Notes: generated by a model not told the origin, from the sequence alone. Shown: positions 18,772-28,279, numbered from the stretch's first letter. The stretch is 64,000 nt of DNA from Candidatus Berkelbacteria bacterium (GCA_016432625.1 CP066697.1:151113-215112); one strand, 5' to 3'. Translations and numbers: made by a program.

Positions 18772-19302
18772 TTAGTAATCGGAAGAACTTCTTGATTTCC
18801 CAAGTCCACCTGTCGCAATGAGCGCGATAAGCGGCGCTATCATCCACCATGGGGTGTGGCTAATAAAAATCCGGGCGATTCGTGAGTTCTGGGCGAACTG
18901 ATCCCGCGCCGCCGGATCCATAAACGAGAAAATGGCGGTTAAAATTAAGGCTGAATTTAAAAAACTAAAAATCGCCAGCTCAAAAGCCGAGAGTGCGCCG
19001 CGACCGCTTGAGCCTTTGCCCATACCGGAGCGGATCGAGACCAGTACCGTCGTTAACAAGAATATTCCCGCTGAAATTGTAAAAGGCGAGGCGTTGGCTT
19101 TAATGAATAGCTGGTTGCCGATTGTTTTATCGCCTTGGAAGAACTGCTGCAGCGGCGCGCCCAACACCTGCGCCATCACGATACCGGCGTAAATCGCCAG
19201 TAACGTCACCACAACCTTATCGCGCTGCAACACGAAGCTGTAGCCGATCGAAACGATGAAAAATATTGCTAAAAACAGATCCCAGCTTGGTACGGTTTGC
19301 AC
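18772..19302 (-). CDS. Hypothetical integral membrane protein (4-5 TM helices)
   Basis: 176 aa, multiple hydrophobic helices. Confidence 0.5.
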   Translation of the reverse strand: MQTVPSWDLFLAIFFIVSIGYSFVLQRDKVVVTLLAIYAGIVMAQVLGAPLQQFFQGDKTIGNQLFIKANASPFTISAGIFLLTTVLVSIRSGMGKGSSGRGALSAFELAIFSFLNSALILTAIFSFMDPAARDQFAQNSRIARIFISHTPWWMIAPLIALIATGGLGKSRSSSDY

Positions 19303-19351
19303 TCTTCTTTCCCTCCGCTACTACTTTCTCTAGTTTCAGGAGGAGTGTCAA

Positions 19352-19957
19352 TTAGCGTTGCAGATTGCGGAGTTGCTCGTACAGATCACGTTCTTCGCGT
19401 GAGGGGCGCTTGGGGATTTCAATATGGATAACAACCGTCAAATCTCCCCGACCGCGGCGAGTTTGGGCGCCTTTGCCACGAAAACGAAAAGCCGCGCCTT
19501 CGGGTGTGCCGGGTGGAATCTTCAGCTCGATCTCATCGCCAAAATTGGTTTTGAAACGAACCGTGTCGCCAAGCACCGCTTGCGGGATCGAAACTGCCAA
19601 TTGAACCTGGACTTGAGAGAAGGCTGATTCGAACAAATCCTCAAAAATTGAGCCAAAACCTCCGCCGCCCTGACCACTAAAACTGCTGAAGTCGAAACCC
19701 CCAGCTTGACTCCCGAAACCGCTTTGGCTGCCAAAACCGGCTCCGGCCCGTGCCCCAGCGTGGCCGAACTGATCGTACTGGGCTCGTTTGTTTTTATCCC
19801 CCAGTACCTGGTAGGCCTCGTTTATTTCCTGGAACGCCGCCTTATCCCCACCTTTGTCGGGATGTAATTTGTGCGCTTTCGAACGGTAGGCCTTTTTAAT
19901 TTCGCCATCGCTGGCACCGCGGGGAACACCTAAAACTTCGTAAAAATCTCGAGCCAT
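19352..19957 (-). CDS. J-domain co-chaperone (DnaJ-like; J-domain plus Gly/Phe-rich region plus C-terminal domain, no zinc-finger)
   Basis: [35 protein letters not shown] with the HPD motif, then a GFGSQ-rich linker. Confidence 0.8.
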   Translation of the reverse strand: MARDFYEVLGVPRGASDGEIKKAYRSKAHKLHPDKGGDKAAFQEINEAYQVLGDKNKRAQYDQFGHAGARAGAGFGSQSGFGSQAGGFDFSSFSGQGGGGFGSIFEDLFESAFSQVQVQLAVSIPQAVLGDTVRFKTNFGDEIELKIPPGTPEGAAFRFRGKGAQTRRGRGDLTVVIHIEIPKRPSREERDLYEQLRNLQR

Positions 19958-19982
19958 ATTTTCGATATTTTACCCTAAAAAT

Positions 19983-20000
19983 GTCAAGTTTGCTTTACAG
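19983..20000. promoter_or_regulatory. Copy of the 18-bp inverted repeat TGTCAAG-TTTG-CTTTACA (2 mismatches to TGTAAAG-N4-CTTTACA) in the divergent intergenic region between the J-domain gene and the ybjQ-like gene; overlaps a TTGACA -35-like hexamer (minus orientation) and sits just upstream of a TATAAT at 20001-20006
   Basis: Read directly: ...aaatgTCAAGtttgCTTTACAgagTATAATgaattcATG. Same half-sites as the dnaK promoter (26102-26119) and the XRE-Hsp20 gene promoter (51618-51635). Confidence 0.55.
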
Positions 20001-20014
20001 AGTATAATGAATTC

Positions 20015-20338
20015 ATGGATAAGGAAAATATTACAACCTCTTTTGAGCTACCGAATAAGAAAATTGTTAAAAATTTCGGCCTAGTCCGCGGCATAACCGT
20101 TCGCTCCCGATCGATTTTTGGGACAATCGGCGGCTCGCTGCAGACCATTCTTGGCGGCAATATCACCCTGTTTACCGAGCTGTGTGAGAAAACGCGCCAG
20201 GAAGCCTATGCCCTGATGGTCAAACACGCGGAAGAGATGGGCGCCAACGGCATTGTTATGGTTCGCTATGACGCCAACGAAGTTATGAGCGGTGTAACCG
20301 AAGTGCTCTGCTACGGCAGTGCAGTGGAGGTTGAATAA
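20015..20338 (+). CDS. YbjQ/UPF0145 family protein (heavy-metal-binding-like domain)
   Basis: 107 aa ending GANGIVMVRYDANEVMSGVTEVLCYGSAVEVE, the characteristic YbjQ C-terminal pattern. ATG only ~6 nt downstream of TATAAT, so possibly a leaderless transcript. Confidence 0.7.
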   Translation: MDKENITTSFELPNKKIVKNFGLVRGITVRSRSIFGTIGGSLQTILGGNITLFTELCEKTRQEAYALMVKHAEEMGANGIVMVRYDANEVMSGVTEVLCYGSAVEVE

Positions 20339-20565
20339 TGGACGAGGTAAAAAAAGTTAAAGTGAATATGCCTAGAGGCATTACGATCGTAAACCGTTAC
20401 AAAGGACCGGGCGGTGGCGCTTATTTCCTGGGTTTCCTAGGGGCTTTCATTTACTACATGCAAACGGCGGCTACTTTCGGCGATGGTGTTATCGGATTTC
20501 TAAAAGCCCTTGTCTGGCCGGCGTTTTTGGTTTATCACATCTATAAATTCTTGGGGCTCCAGTAG
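20338..20565 (+). CDS. Small membrane protein, translationally coupled to ybjQ-like (TAATGG overlap)
   Basis: 75 aa, two hydrophobic helices. Confidence 0.45.
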   Translation: MDEVKKVKVNMPRGITIVNRYKGPGGGAYFLGFLGAFIYYMQTAATFGDGVIGFLKALVWPAFLVYHIYKFLGLQ

Positions 20566-20574
20566 AATTTAGGC

Positions 20575-21240
20575 CTAAACCACCGATACCTCACCGTTTT
20601 CCACAACTAAATACGTTGCTACCGGGGGTTCGAATATCCCGGAATTTGCGAAATGGTTTTCCTTGTCAACGACTGCCAAATGGCTGTGAGCGCAAATTAG
20701 CCAGTGTTCTTTAGGCAAATTGGTGTTTTTCCAGGCAATCATCTTTTCGTTGTCCTTTCGGTAGATGTGTAAAAACGGCTTGCCGAAGTTTTGTATACAA
20801 AAGCGCTCAATTTTTACCGCGATCTCATAGAACCAGTAAAAATAGGCGATTCGAGGCAGGCGCATGTCTAAAGTCGGGGCAAGTTTGTCGCCATGGCGGA
20901 CATGGAACGTGACGCCGTTTTGAATAAAATCGTATTCGTTACTTGTCAAAACTGAAAACTCGTTCGTTCGCGAGTCATTTTTATATTCCCGGTCGTGGTT
21001 GCCGTAAAGGTAAACTGCCTCCTTGTTTTTGAATAAGCCAAAAAGCTTTCTCCAGTCGAAGGTTAGAAATTCTTCCAAAGTGTAAGCAAAACCTTCCCAA
21101 AGATCGCCGTTAATTATTAGCTTGTCAGCTGGACTCACGGCGCTATTAATTTGGGCGAATTTTATCTCGTTAAACTTTTTACCTAAATGTAAGTCGGAAA
21201 TTATTACCACCTTTTTCCCGCTGAGGTCTTCCGGTGTCAT
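20575..21240 (-). CDS. Calcineurin-like metallophosphoesterase
   Basis: SDLHLG, GDLWEG, GNHD and a later H motif. Classic metallophosphatase signature order. Confidence 0.7.
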   Translation of the reverse strand: MTPEDLSGKKVVIISDLHLGKKFNEIKFAQINSAVSPADKLIINGDLWEGFAYTLEEFLTFDWRKLFGLFKNKEAVYLYGNHDREYKNDSRTNEFSVLTSNEYDFIQNGVTFHVRHGDKLAPTLDMRLPRIAYFYWFYEIAVKIERFCIQNFGKPFLHIYRKDNEKMIAWKNTNLPKEHWLICAHSHLAVVDKENHFANSGIFEPPVATYLVVENGEVSVV

Positions 21241-21324
21241 TGCTTTGCAATTTTACTACAAAGCGGTCCAGCATAAGAGGAATGGGGAGGGTACAGGAAT
21301 CCGCCCGGCGAGTGCCGAGCGGAT

Positions 21325-21588
21325 CTAGTGCGGCCAAAGCACCCGATAGATAGTGATGCTGGCCATGACGACTGGGAAAACGATGCCAAAGAAAGCGATG
21401 AACTTTTTCAGGCCGTTGCTGTGGAAGTATGCCCTCCAGTAAACAACGAAGACGAAGACGTTGATCGCCAGCTGAATGACAGCGGCGATCTGGTTTGCTC
21501 CCTGGAAAACATGGGAGAAGTTGGCGATCAAGAAGAACGCGAACCCCATGCTTCCGGAGAGAATCATCCAGAACGTACTGTTTTTCAC
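21325..21588 (-). CDS. Small hypothetical membrane protein
   Basis: 87 aa, three hydrophobic segments, AT-rich region. Confidence 0.4.
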   Translation of the reverse strand: MKNSTFWMILSGSMGFAFFLIANFSHVFQGANQIAAVIQLAINVFVFVVYWRAYFHSNGLKKFIAFFGIVFPVVMASITIYRVLWPH

Positions 21589-22038
21589 TGCTATTCAACC
21601 TCCGAAGTCTGGTGGATTATATTCCTCAAACCTGTAAAAGTCAAGGATTGGGGCGGCTTTTTCTCGGGTATGCGAAAAGAAAAATAGAGAGCCTAATTAC
21701 CTTTTACTGCATAGAAAAGGAACTGAAGTATAACTTTTGGTTATTCTACAGCCAGTCTCTTTTTCGGCAAACTCACGAATCTCCGTTTCAAACGCTTTTC
21801 TTTTGGCCGTCTCTAACTGAGAGTTGGTCAGAGTACGTGTTACGGAGCTTGATATATTCATCAATCGTGTAGGCCCTCTGCCAATCACACTCCAACACAT
21901 CAACCAAATGGAAAAAATTATTTTCAAGTTTCGCTCTGCGCTCATCAATCTGCTCCCGCGAGCGAAGATCACGGATACCTAAGTATTTTTCATAGATTCC
22001 TTTCGCTCTCAGATGGAAAGAATCCAGTTTGGTTTCGA

Positions 22039-22530
22039 TTAACTCTCTATTTTTCCACCAAGAATTACGGGCGGTATCCAGAATTTCGTTGGCGTGAGTC
22101 CGTACACATTTGCCCTGGCATCTTCTTTCGGCCTGAGCGAAAAATCTTCTGTGACGCTTTCAAAAGTTCCTTTTGGGCATAATATTACTACCACCTTTGG
22201 CATAACGGCCGTGCCGAATTGAATCAACCTGTTCTGGTAGTGAGTCTTTGTCCAATAGAATAAAACTTCAAGGCCTTCACTCTTTTCTTGAAAGGCTTCC
22301 CAGAAGTGTTGAAAATCCATTTTATTGGTAATAAACCCAGAAATTTCTCGATCAATACCCTTGCACCTCAGCGAGATAGTGGCGTAGGGAACGTCTTTTA
22401 CCTTAGATATTACTTCGCCATTTTCAACCGTACTACCAAGCGGTCGGAGTTCGTTAGCTATACATAACTTGCTATCGATAACCGACCACTCATTATCTCT
22501 AAGTAGGACAACTTCTTCTGAGTTATTCAT
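22039..22530 (-). CDS. Hypothetical protein (AT-rich island)
   Basis: 163-aa ORF, no recognisable motif. Local GC noticeably lower than the window average. Confidence 0.4.
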   Translation of the reverse strand: MNNSEEVVLLRDNEWSVIDSKLCIANELRPLGSTVENGEVISKVKDVPYATISLRCKGIDREISGFITNKMDFQHFWEAFQEKSEGLEVLFYWTKTHYQNRLIQFGTAVMPKVVVILCPKGTFESVTEDFSLRPKEDARANVYGLTPTKFWIPPVILGGKIES

Positions 22531-22593
22531 AGCTGAATTTTACTACTTCCTGAATTGATTCAAAGAGAACTGCTCCCTATGCATGTGCCGTTC

Positions 22594-24000
22594 TTATTCT
22601 TTGAGACCCATCTCGGACCGTATATCGCTAATAAAAGTCTTCGCTTTCTCTTCAAGTATATTTTGATCGGGCCTGACACTTGCTAGGAACAACTCGAAAT
22701 ATTTTAGTGCCTTAACTAGGTCGCGCAACTTTTTATAGGCAATGTAGCCAAGCCAAAAATGCAGTTGATTCCTATCAGGATAAGTTTCAAGGAGATTCAA
22801 ACAAAACTGTTCAACCTCTTGGATGGTAAGCCATTCTTCGGAATACTCATGCTCAACAATTTTCCTCGAGGACTTATAAGCCTCGTCGTATTCCGATAAC
22901 CAATAATGCAAAAATGCATCGCTGTACCTCCACTCCTGGGCTCCATTAGCTAAGTTCTTCGCAAGCGCGATTTCTTGTTGCGCCGCCTTCGCATCACCTT
23001 CCTTGAATAGTTCCACGGCTCTTACTAGATGAAAACCGTACTGATTAGGGTAATAACTCTGTGCTCTTTTCGAAAACGTTGAGTACGACGCTAGGTCATC
23101 CTTCAGTAAAGACATTCGTGCTTTTAGCAAATAACTACCTGCCAATAATTGTTTGGCCTTGATCTTTACTTCCTCAATATTTGGAGGTAAATCATTTCTT
23201 TGAAAAAGCTTATCGTCAATTAGGCGCTCGTGGAGGGTTATTGCGAGGTTGACGTCACCAGATAAGAATGCAGCAATACCTACTATGTACTTTGCCGATA
23301 AATAAACAAAATCAGCGGTTAAGGCGAACCCTCTAAATCGGAATTCTTCTAACATCTCCACTTCTTTAGGTAGGGATCTTACAAAGTCGGCAGATAATTT
23401 AAACTGACTGTTTTTGTCTATCGGTGAGTGCACTACTAAACCACTTAAATCAATAAAAATCTTTTCCTTTTCTCCATCAGGACGTTTTTTAACGTCTCCG
23501 AAGACGAAATAGTGTCCATGGACTGTCTCATTTATTGTTCGCGCAATTTCATAGTTTTTTACTTTCTCGGCAATATGGTTGGGTACTTTTACTACTGTGA
23601 CTAACTCACTCAATCCATCTGCGACTAAGTTTTTTCTTACCTGGTCAAGAAAGTCCTTTTTAGCATCTATTTCCTCGAGGTTATCCTCGCTGTAAAGCGC
23701 GAAAACTAATCCAAGCTTCCCCTCGGGTATTTTTGGAAGCCACTTCCTTACTACTATCCAAGCAACTATCTCAATTAAGAGTAATACTACGAGGCCCCAT
23801 CTTAGATAACTGACTCCAAAAAGTTCTAAGAGGGGTTTATAGATAGCCGCAAATATAATGCCCGTTAACACTACCGTGACTAATAATCCGCGAAAACTTG
23901 CAAAGTTAATTCTGATGTATGACAAATAGGGTCGCAGTTTATCAATTGGCATCAGCCTATAAAGAAAGAGAGCTGATAGCTCTCTTTCTTGTTTCTCCAA
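22594..24000 (-). CDS. Hypothetical membrane protein: two N-terminal TM helices plus a large helical/TPR-like cytoplasmic domain
   Basis: 468 aa. TM segments at ~35-85. C-terminal helical repeats (…YWLSEYDEAYK…FWLGYIAYKKL…). AT-rich. Stop abuts the dnaK stop region. Confidence 0.5.
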   Translation of the reverse strand: MEKQERELSALFLYRLMPIDKLRPYLSYIRINFASFRGLLVTVVLTGIIFAAIYKPLLELFGVSYLRWGLVVLLLIEIVAWIVVRKWLPKIPEGKLGLVFALYSEDNLEEIDAKKDFLDQVRKNLVADGLSELVTVVKVPNHIAEKVKNYEIARTINETVHGHYFVFGDVKKRPDGEKEKIFIDLSGLVVHSPIDKNSQFKLSADFVRSLPKEVEMLEEFRFRGFALTADFVYLSAKYIVGIAAFLSGDVNLAITLHERLIDDKLFQRNDLPPNIEEVKIKAKQLLAGSYLLKARMSLLKDDLASYSTFSKRAQSYYPNQYGFHLVRAVELFKEGDAKAAQQEIALAKNLANGAQEWRYSDAFLHYWLSEYDEAYKSSRKIVEHEYSEEWLTIQEVEQFCLNLLETYPDRNQLHFWLGYIAYKKLRDLVKALKYFELFLASVRPDQNILEEKAKTFISDIRSEMGLKE

Positions 24001-26004
24001 TTAGTCTTTTTTGTCCCCGTCATCTTTTGGTTCTTCCGGCACATTTGTGTCCGGGGTGCCATCCGCCTTCGCCGAGGCTTCGTCGGATGAATCGTCTTTG
24101 GGGAGTTCTTCTTCCGGCTTCGGCTGTCCCTCCTGCGCTGAAGCTTCCTCCTTCGCAGATGCTTCGGAGGACGAGTCGGCGGGCGAGTCATACATCGCGG
24201 CGCCGACTTTTTGGAGGGCGGCACTCAATTTTTCCGCCTCCTCTTTGATTTTGTCTTTATCGTCGTTGTGGATGACGGCTTTGACGGCGGTAACGGCGTC
24301 TTCGACTTCGCGTTTGTCGTCCGGTTTGATCTTATCGCCCGCGTCTTTGAGGGTTTTTTCGCTCAAGTGAATAAGGTTTTCGGCGGCGTTTCGTTCTTCG
24401 ACCAGCTCTTTTTTCTTGGCGTCGTCGGCGGCGTGAGCCTCGGCCTCGGTTTTCATCTTTTCGATCTCTTCTTTGGATAGCCCACTCGAAGCCGTAATGG
24501 TGATGTGTTGTTCTTTGGAAGTGGCTTTGTCTTTGGCTTTGACGTTCAGAATTCCGTTTGCGTCGATGTCAAACGTCACCTCAACTTGCGGGACGCCGCG
24601 GGGAGCCGGTGGAATACCATCGAGATGGAACTTACCTAGCGTCCGGTTGTCGGAGGCCATTGGCCTTTCGCCTTGTAAGACGTGGATTTCCACAGATGGC
24701 TGGTTGTCGCTGGCCGTGGAAAACGTTTCCGTTTTTGAAGCGGGAATAGTGGTATTGCGCTCAATGAGCGGCGTCATTACTCCACCCAGAGTTTCGAGAC
24801 CCAAGGTTAGCGGGGTGACGTCGAGCAGAAGAATATCCTTAACTTCGCCTGATAAGACGCCGCCGTTAATGGCCGCGCCTAAAGCAACCGCTTCGTCGGG
24901 GTTAACGCCTTTCGATGGCTCTTTGCCAAAAACATCTTTAACAACTTGCTGAATCATCGGCATGCGGGTCATCCCACCGACCAAGATAACTTCGTCAATG
25001 TCAGATTTGGTGAGTTTGGCGTCTTTCAAAGCGGCTTCGCAGATGCCTCGGGTTTTCTTGATGAGGTCGCCAACTAAACTTTCCAATTTTGCGCGCGACA
25101 GATTCATCTGCAGGTTTTTTGGACCGTCAGCGTCAGCGGTAATAAACGGCAAGTTGATCTCGGCTTCCTGGGTTTGAGAGAGCTCGATCTTGGCTTTTTC
25201 AGCTGCTTCTTTGACCCGTTGCATAGCCATAGCGTCGCCAGTTAGATCGACACCCTCTTTGGCTTTGAATTCGTCGACGATCCAGTTCATCACTTGAATG
25301 TCGATGTCGTCTCCACCGAGGTGAGTATCACCGTTCGTCGAGAGCACTTCGAAGCTGGATTCGCCTTTGTCTTCGCCAATTTCGATGATGGTGATATCAA
25401 ATGTTCCACCACCAAAGTCGTAAACGGCGACTTTCTGGTCTTTTTTGTCTTCTTTGTTAATGCCGTAGGCGAGAGCCGCGGCGGTTGGTTCGTTGATAAT
25501 GCGCTTAACTTCGAGGCCAGCAATGGTGCCGGCGTCTTTGGTAGCCTGGCGCTGGGAGTCGTTAAAGTATGCCGGGACGGTAATAACAGCGCCGTCGACT
25601 TTTTCGCCGAGATAAGCCTCGGCATCAGCTTTGATTTTGGCCAGGATCATTGAGGAGATTTCTTGGGGGGTAGACTCGTTTTCGGCCATTTTGACCTTAA
25701 CGCCATCGCCGCTCTTTACAATTTTGTAAGGCATCAGTTTGATGTCGCGCTGAACTTCTTCGTCAGTGAAGCTACGACCCATTAAGCGTTTAACAGAGTA
25801 GATAGTATTTTCCGGATTGGTGACAGCTTGGCGCTTGGCGAGCGTGCCAACAAGGCGTTCGCCTTTTTTATTGACCGCGACGATGGACGGCACTAAGTTG
25901 CCGCCCTCAGCGGTTGGGATCATTTTGGCTTTACCGCTTTCGATGACGGCTGAAGCCGAGTTAGTTGTTCCCAGGTCAATTCCGATTATCTTAGACATTT
26001 GCAC
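24001..26004 (-). CDS. dnaK: Chaperone DnaK (Hsp70)
   Basis: [18 protein letters not shown], the substrate-binding domain, and an acidic/Lys-rich C-terminal tail. GTG start at 26004 (an ATG two codons in is possible). Confidence 0.95.
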   Translation of the reverse strand: MQMSKIIGIDLGTTNSASAVIESGKAKMIPTAEGGNLVPSIVAVNKKGERLVGTLAKRQAVTNPENTIYSVKRLMGRSFTDEEVQRDIKLMPYKIVKSGDGVKVKMAENESTPQEISSMILAKIKADAEAYLGEKVDGAVITVPAYFNDSQRQATKDAGTIAGLEVKRIINEPTAAALAYGINKEDKKDQKVAVYDFGGGTFDITIIEIGEDKGESSFEVLSTNGDTHLGGDDIDIQVMNWIVDEFKAKEGVDLTGDAMAMQRVKEAAEKAKIELSQTQEAEINLPFITADADGPKNLQMNLSRAKLESLVGDLIKKTRGICEAALKDAKLTKSDIDEVILVGGMTRMPMIQQVVKDVFGKEPSKGVNPDEAVALGAAINGGVLSGEVKDILLLDVTPLTLGLETLGGVMTPLIERNTTIPASKTETFSTASDNQPSVEIHVLQGERPMASDNRTLGKFHLDGIPPAPRGVPQVEVTFDIDANGILNVKAKDKATSKEQHITITASSGLSKEEIEKMKTEAEAHAADDAKKKELVEERNAAENLIHLSEKTLKDAGDKIKPDDKREVEDAVTAVKAVIHNDDKDKIKEEAEKLSAALQKVGAAMYDSPADSSSEASAKEEASAQEGQPKPEEELPKDDSSDEASAKADGTPDTNVPEEPKDDGDKKD

Positions 26005-26095
26005 CCCATTCTATGTCTGAGATATCCAAAACGGTGTTTTTGATAATCTTTCCCATTTTGAGTAAGCTCTCCTCCTTAATTAGTCTATGTCTAAA

Positions 26096-26127
26096 GAAAA
26101 TTGTAAAGTTTCCTTTACATTTGTCAA
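26096..26127 (-). promoter_or_regulatory. dnaK promoter: TTGACA(-35)-N16-TACAAT(-10), with the 18-bp inverted repeat TGTAAAG-GAAA-CTTTACA (26102..26119) occupying the spacer and -10
   Basis: Gene orientation: cATTGACAaaTGTAAAGgaaaCTTTACAATtttc. Perfect 7-bp arms. Not CIRCE (TTAGCACTC-N9-GAGTGCTAA) and not HAIR (CTTGAGT-N7-ACTCAAG). Confidence 0.6.
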
Positions 26128-26217
26128 TGGCGAAAGATGGCGTAGAGCGTTGAGTTTGAGAGGTGCTTATGAGAAAATGATGGCCGCTCGTAACCACGGG
26201 CAGCAATAGGAGCGGAA

Positions 26218-26967
26218 ATGACCCTTCGAGAAACTTTACAATCCAATCGCCAACCCGACGTCGCCCTGGCGGACGACGTCGCCTTCGCCGTGATCGACTC
26301 GATCCGCCCGTTGATGGGCGCTGAACCACCTCCGGCTCGCGTCGACGGCGACCAAAGCCAACGGATGCGCTCCGCCCGCCTGGCCTACTTCATGCTTCGA
26401 GAACGAAGCGCGCACCTCGACACCTGTTTGCGCGTCATCGGTTCGGAAGAATTTCCGGTCGATGTACTCATTGCCGACTTGAAGGATGCCGAAAAGCGAC
26501 TTCATGCTCGGGCTCACAACGAGAACCAGACACTTAGTTGGCTGGGTCTTGCCGCTGTCGATTTCGATACGGTACTGATAGATGGGAACCAGCACGTCGA
26601 CTTCGACAAAGTCGTTTGTTACGGTTCCGCGACGCAAGAACAAGCCTTCTTTGGCACGATCGCCGGCCTGATGCCGCGACTGGCGTCCGAGGACAACACA
26701 AGCTTCACTAGTCACCTAGCAAAGTCTCTGTGCGCGGCCACGCGCCAGAAGCTCTGCAACGACTGGAACGGTACTGAGCTTTGTCTTGATGCCACGGCGT
26801 TCGGCTTCGCGCTGGGAACACGCGACCTGTATAGGCAGGCACAGACCCTGGCGTTCGAAAACAAGGAGCCGCTGCAACTGGATCATTTCGGCCGAGCAAA
26901 AGGCTGGGAGTCTCTCGCGCTTTTCGCGAGCTATCCGACGATCCGCGCCGCTATCCTGCCCAAATAA
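26218..26967 (+). CDS. Hypothetical protein (GC-rich), inserted between grpE and dnaK on the opposite strand
   Basis: 249-aa ORF followed by a hairpin plus T-run at ~26985-27020. No recognisable domain. Confidence 0.5.
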   Translation: MTLRETLQSNRQPDVALADDVAFAVIDSIRPLMGAEPPPARVDGDQSQRMRSARLAYFMLRERSAHLDTCLRVIGSEEFPVDVLIADLKDAEKRLHARAHNENQTLSWLGLAAVDFDTVLIDGNQHVDFDKVVCYGSATQEQAFFGTIAGLMPRLASEDNTSFTSHLAKSLCAATRQKLCNDWNGTELCLDATAFGFALGTRDLYRQAQTLAFENKEPLQLDHFGRAKGWESLALFASYPTIRAAILPK

Positions 26968-27106
26968 GGCCATGCCCTGACTGAAAGCCCCTCCTCCCAC
27001 CATAGAGGCGGGGCTTTTCACTATCCAAAAAAGTGCTCTAGCAACTGGATTTTCCCACTTTTTAAGATATAATTCGCACACGAACCTATCAGTTCAGGAG
27101 GCAGCT

Positions 27107-27658
27107 ATGCAGAAATTCACCCCGCTTGGCGGACCAATGCTTCAAGGCATTGAGATGCTAGCACGACAACACGGCCTTCGCGGCCAGTTCAGTATTCTCC
27201 TTGCCGTGCGAACGCAGGAAATGATTGCGGACCACGACGAGAGATGCAGCGGCTGGTCAGTAATGGCTAGCGCCCGCAAAGACGGGAAGATACTCATTTA
27301 CCCATGGATGTGGGAAAGGTTTCTTGAAGAGGACGTCGCGACTGCGGTTGGCTGGATGGCCAATACGCTCGCCGAGGAAATCGGGCATCTCATCGATTAC
27401 GAGCGGTTTCCGGCCTGGACGGAAAGCTTGCTGGATTGGCGGTTTCTGCTGATTCGCAATCTCCGAGACCGGCTCGGGAAATCGATCCCGCGCCTACAGC
27501 CGTCGCTCGTCAAGCTCTACGAATGGGCTTACAGGCGCAGCTTCTTTGAGAAAAGAGCGAAGCGCTTCGCCGAGGATCATGAAGAGCAGTACTTCGCTGC
27601 TATCTGGCCTCACTTCCACTACTACAGGGAGGTCTATCTCAACTTGTCACGGGAATGA
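27107..27658 (+). CDS. Hypothetical protein (GC-rich), second gene of the grpE/dnaK-intervening pair
   Basis: 183-aa ORF with upstream TATAAT and GGAGG RBS 6 nt before the ATG. No recognisable domain. Confidence 0.5.
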   Translation: MQKFTPLGGPMLQGIEMLARQHGLRGQFSILLAVRTQEMIADHDERCSGWSVMASARKDGKILIYPWMWERFLEEDVATAVGWMANTLAEEIGHLIDYERFPAWTESLLDWRFLLIRNLRDRLGKSIPRLQPSLVKLYEWAYRRSFFEKRAKRFAEDHEEQYFAAIWPHFHYYREVYLNLSRE

Positions 27659-27681
27659 GCGTAAGCTTGTTCCCGTTTCCT

Positions 27682-28218
27682 TTACCCCTTTGAAACGCGG
27701 ACTTTGGCCGGTTTTATTACTTTGCCCTTAAGCATCCAGCCGGATTCAATTTCATCGATGACGGTTTCTGCTGGCAGGTCGCACGCTTCGTAGGAGATTG
27801 CTTCGTGCAAGTTATGATCGAAATGCGCCCCTTGGGTCGGAATGCGCGTCAGGCCGGCGTCGGCGACGATCGTTTCGAGCTGTTTTTCGATTTGGCGTAA
27901 ACCTTCAAAATAGGCGTGAATCTTTTGAAAAGCCTCTTCGCTTAAGGTTGTTTGGTCGTCGTCAAGTGAAATTGTCGGGGCGTGGGTTGAAGCGCGGTAG
28001 AAATTGTCCAGTACAGGGAAGAGTTTATGCAGCCAGTGGGCTAACGTCCGTTCCTCGAGCACGGCTCGGTCGTCGTGCATGCGCCGTTCTAGGTTAGAGT
28101 AATCCGCCGCCAAGCGTTTGCGACTGTTTTCGGCAGTTTCAAGTTTGGTCTTAATCTCGGCCAATTCTTTTTTGAGCTTATCGATTTCGTTGTCGTTTAA
28201 TTTCTTTTTAGGAGTCAT
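27682..28218 (-). CDS. grpE: Nucleotide exchange factor GrpE
   Basis: N-terminal coiled-coil (EIDKLKKELAEIKTKLE) and C-terminal FDHNLHEAISYE...GWMLKGKVIKPAKVRV, typical of GrpE. Confidence 0.85.
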   Translation of the reverse strand: MTPKKKLNDNEIDKLKKELAEIKTKLETAENSRKRLAADYSNLERRMHDDRAVLEERTLAHWLHKLFPVLDNFYRASTHAPTISLDDDQTTLSEEAFQKIHAYFEGLRQIEKQLETIVADAGLTRIPTQGAHFDHNLHEAISYEACDLPAETVIDEIESGWMLKGKVIKPAKVRVSKG

Positions 28219-28279
28219 GTCAGGAGTATTCTAAAAGACTTTTGTATTAACTTCCAGCCTAAGGTATTACGATTAAAGC

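Noticed and set aside
21697-21972. 91-aa minus-strand ORF in the AT-rich region
   Set aside because: Low-complexity sequence in an AT-rich intergenic stretch with no start context. Could be the C-terminal remnant of a frameshifted gene with 22039..22530, but no support for this.
26005-26217. Looked for CIRCE (TTAGCACTC-N9-GAGTGCTAA) and HAIR (CTTGAGT-N7-ACTCAAG) elements upstream of dnaK and grpE
   Set aside because: Neither consensus is present. TTGAGTTTGAGAG near 26150 is a direct, not inverted, repeat. The only clean palindrome is TGTAAAG-N4-CTTTACA.
25991-26329. 112-aa minus-strand ORF with a poly-Arg stretch upstream of dnaK
   Set aside because: It spans the dnaK promoter/operator and overlaps the start of the plus-strand gene 26218. 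Low-complexity RRRRRR sequence. Likely non-coding; only its last 21 codons with an AAGGAGG RBS could be a leader peptide, and this is unproven.
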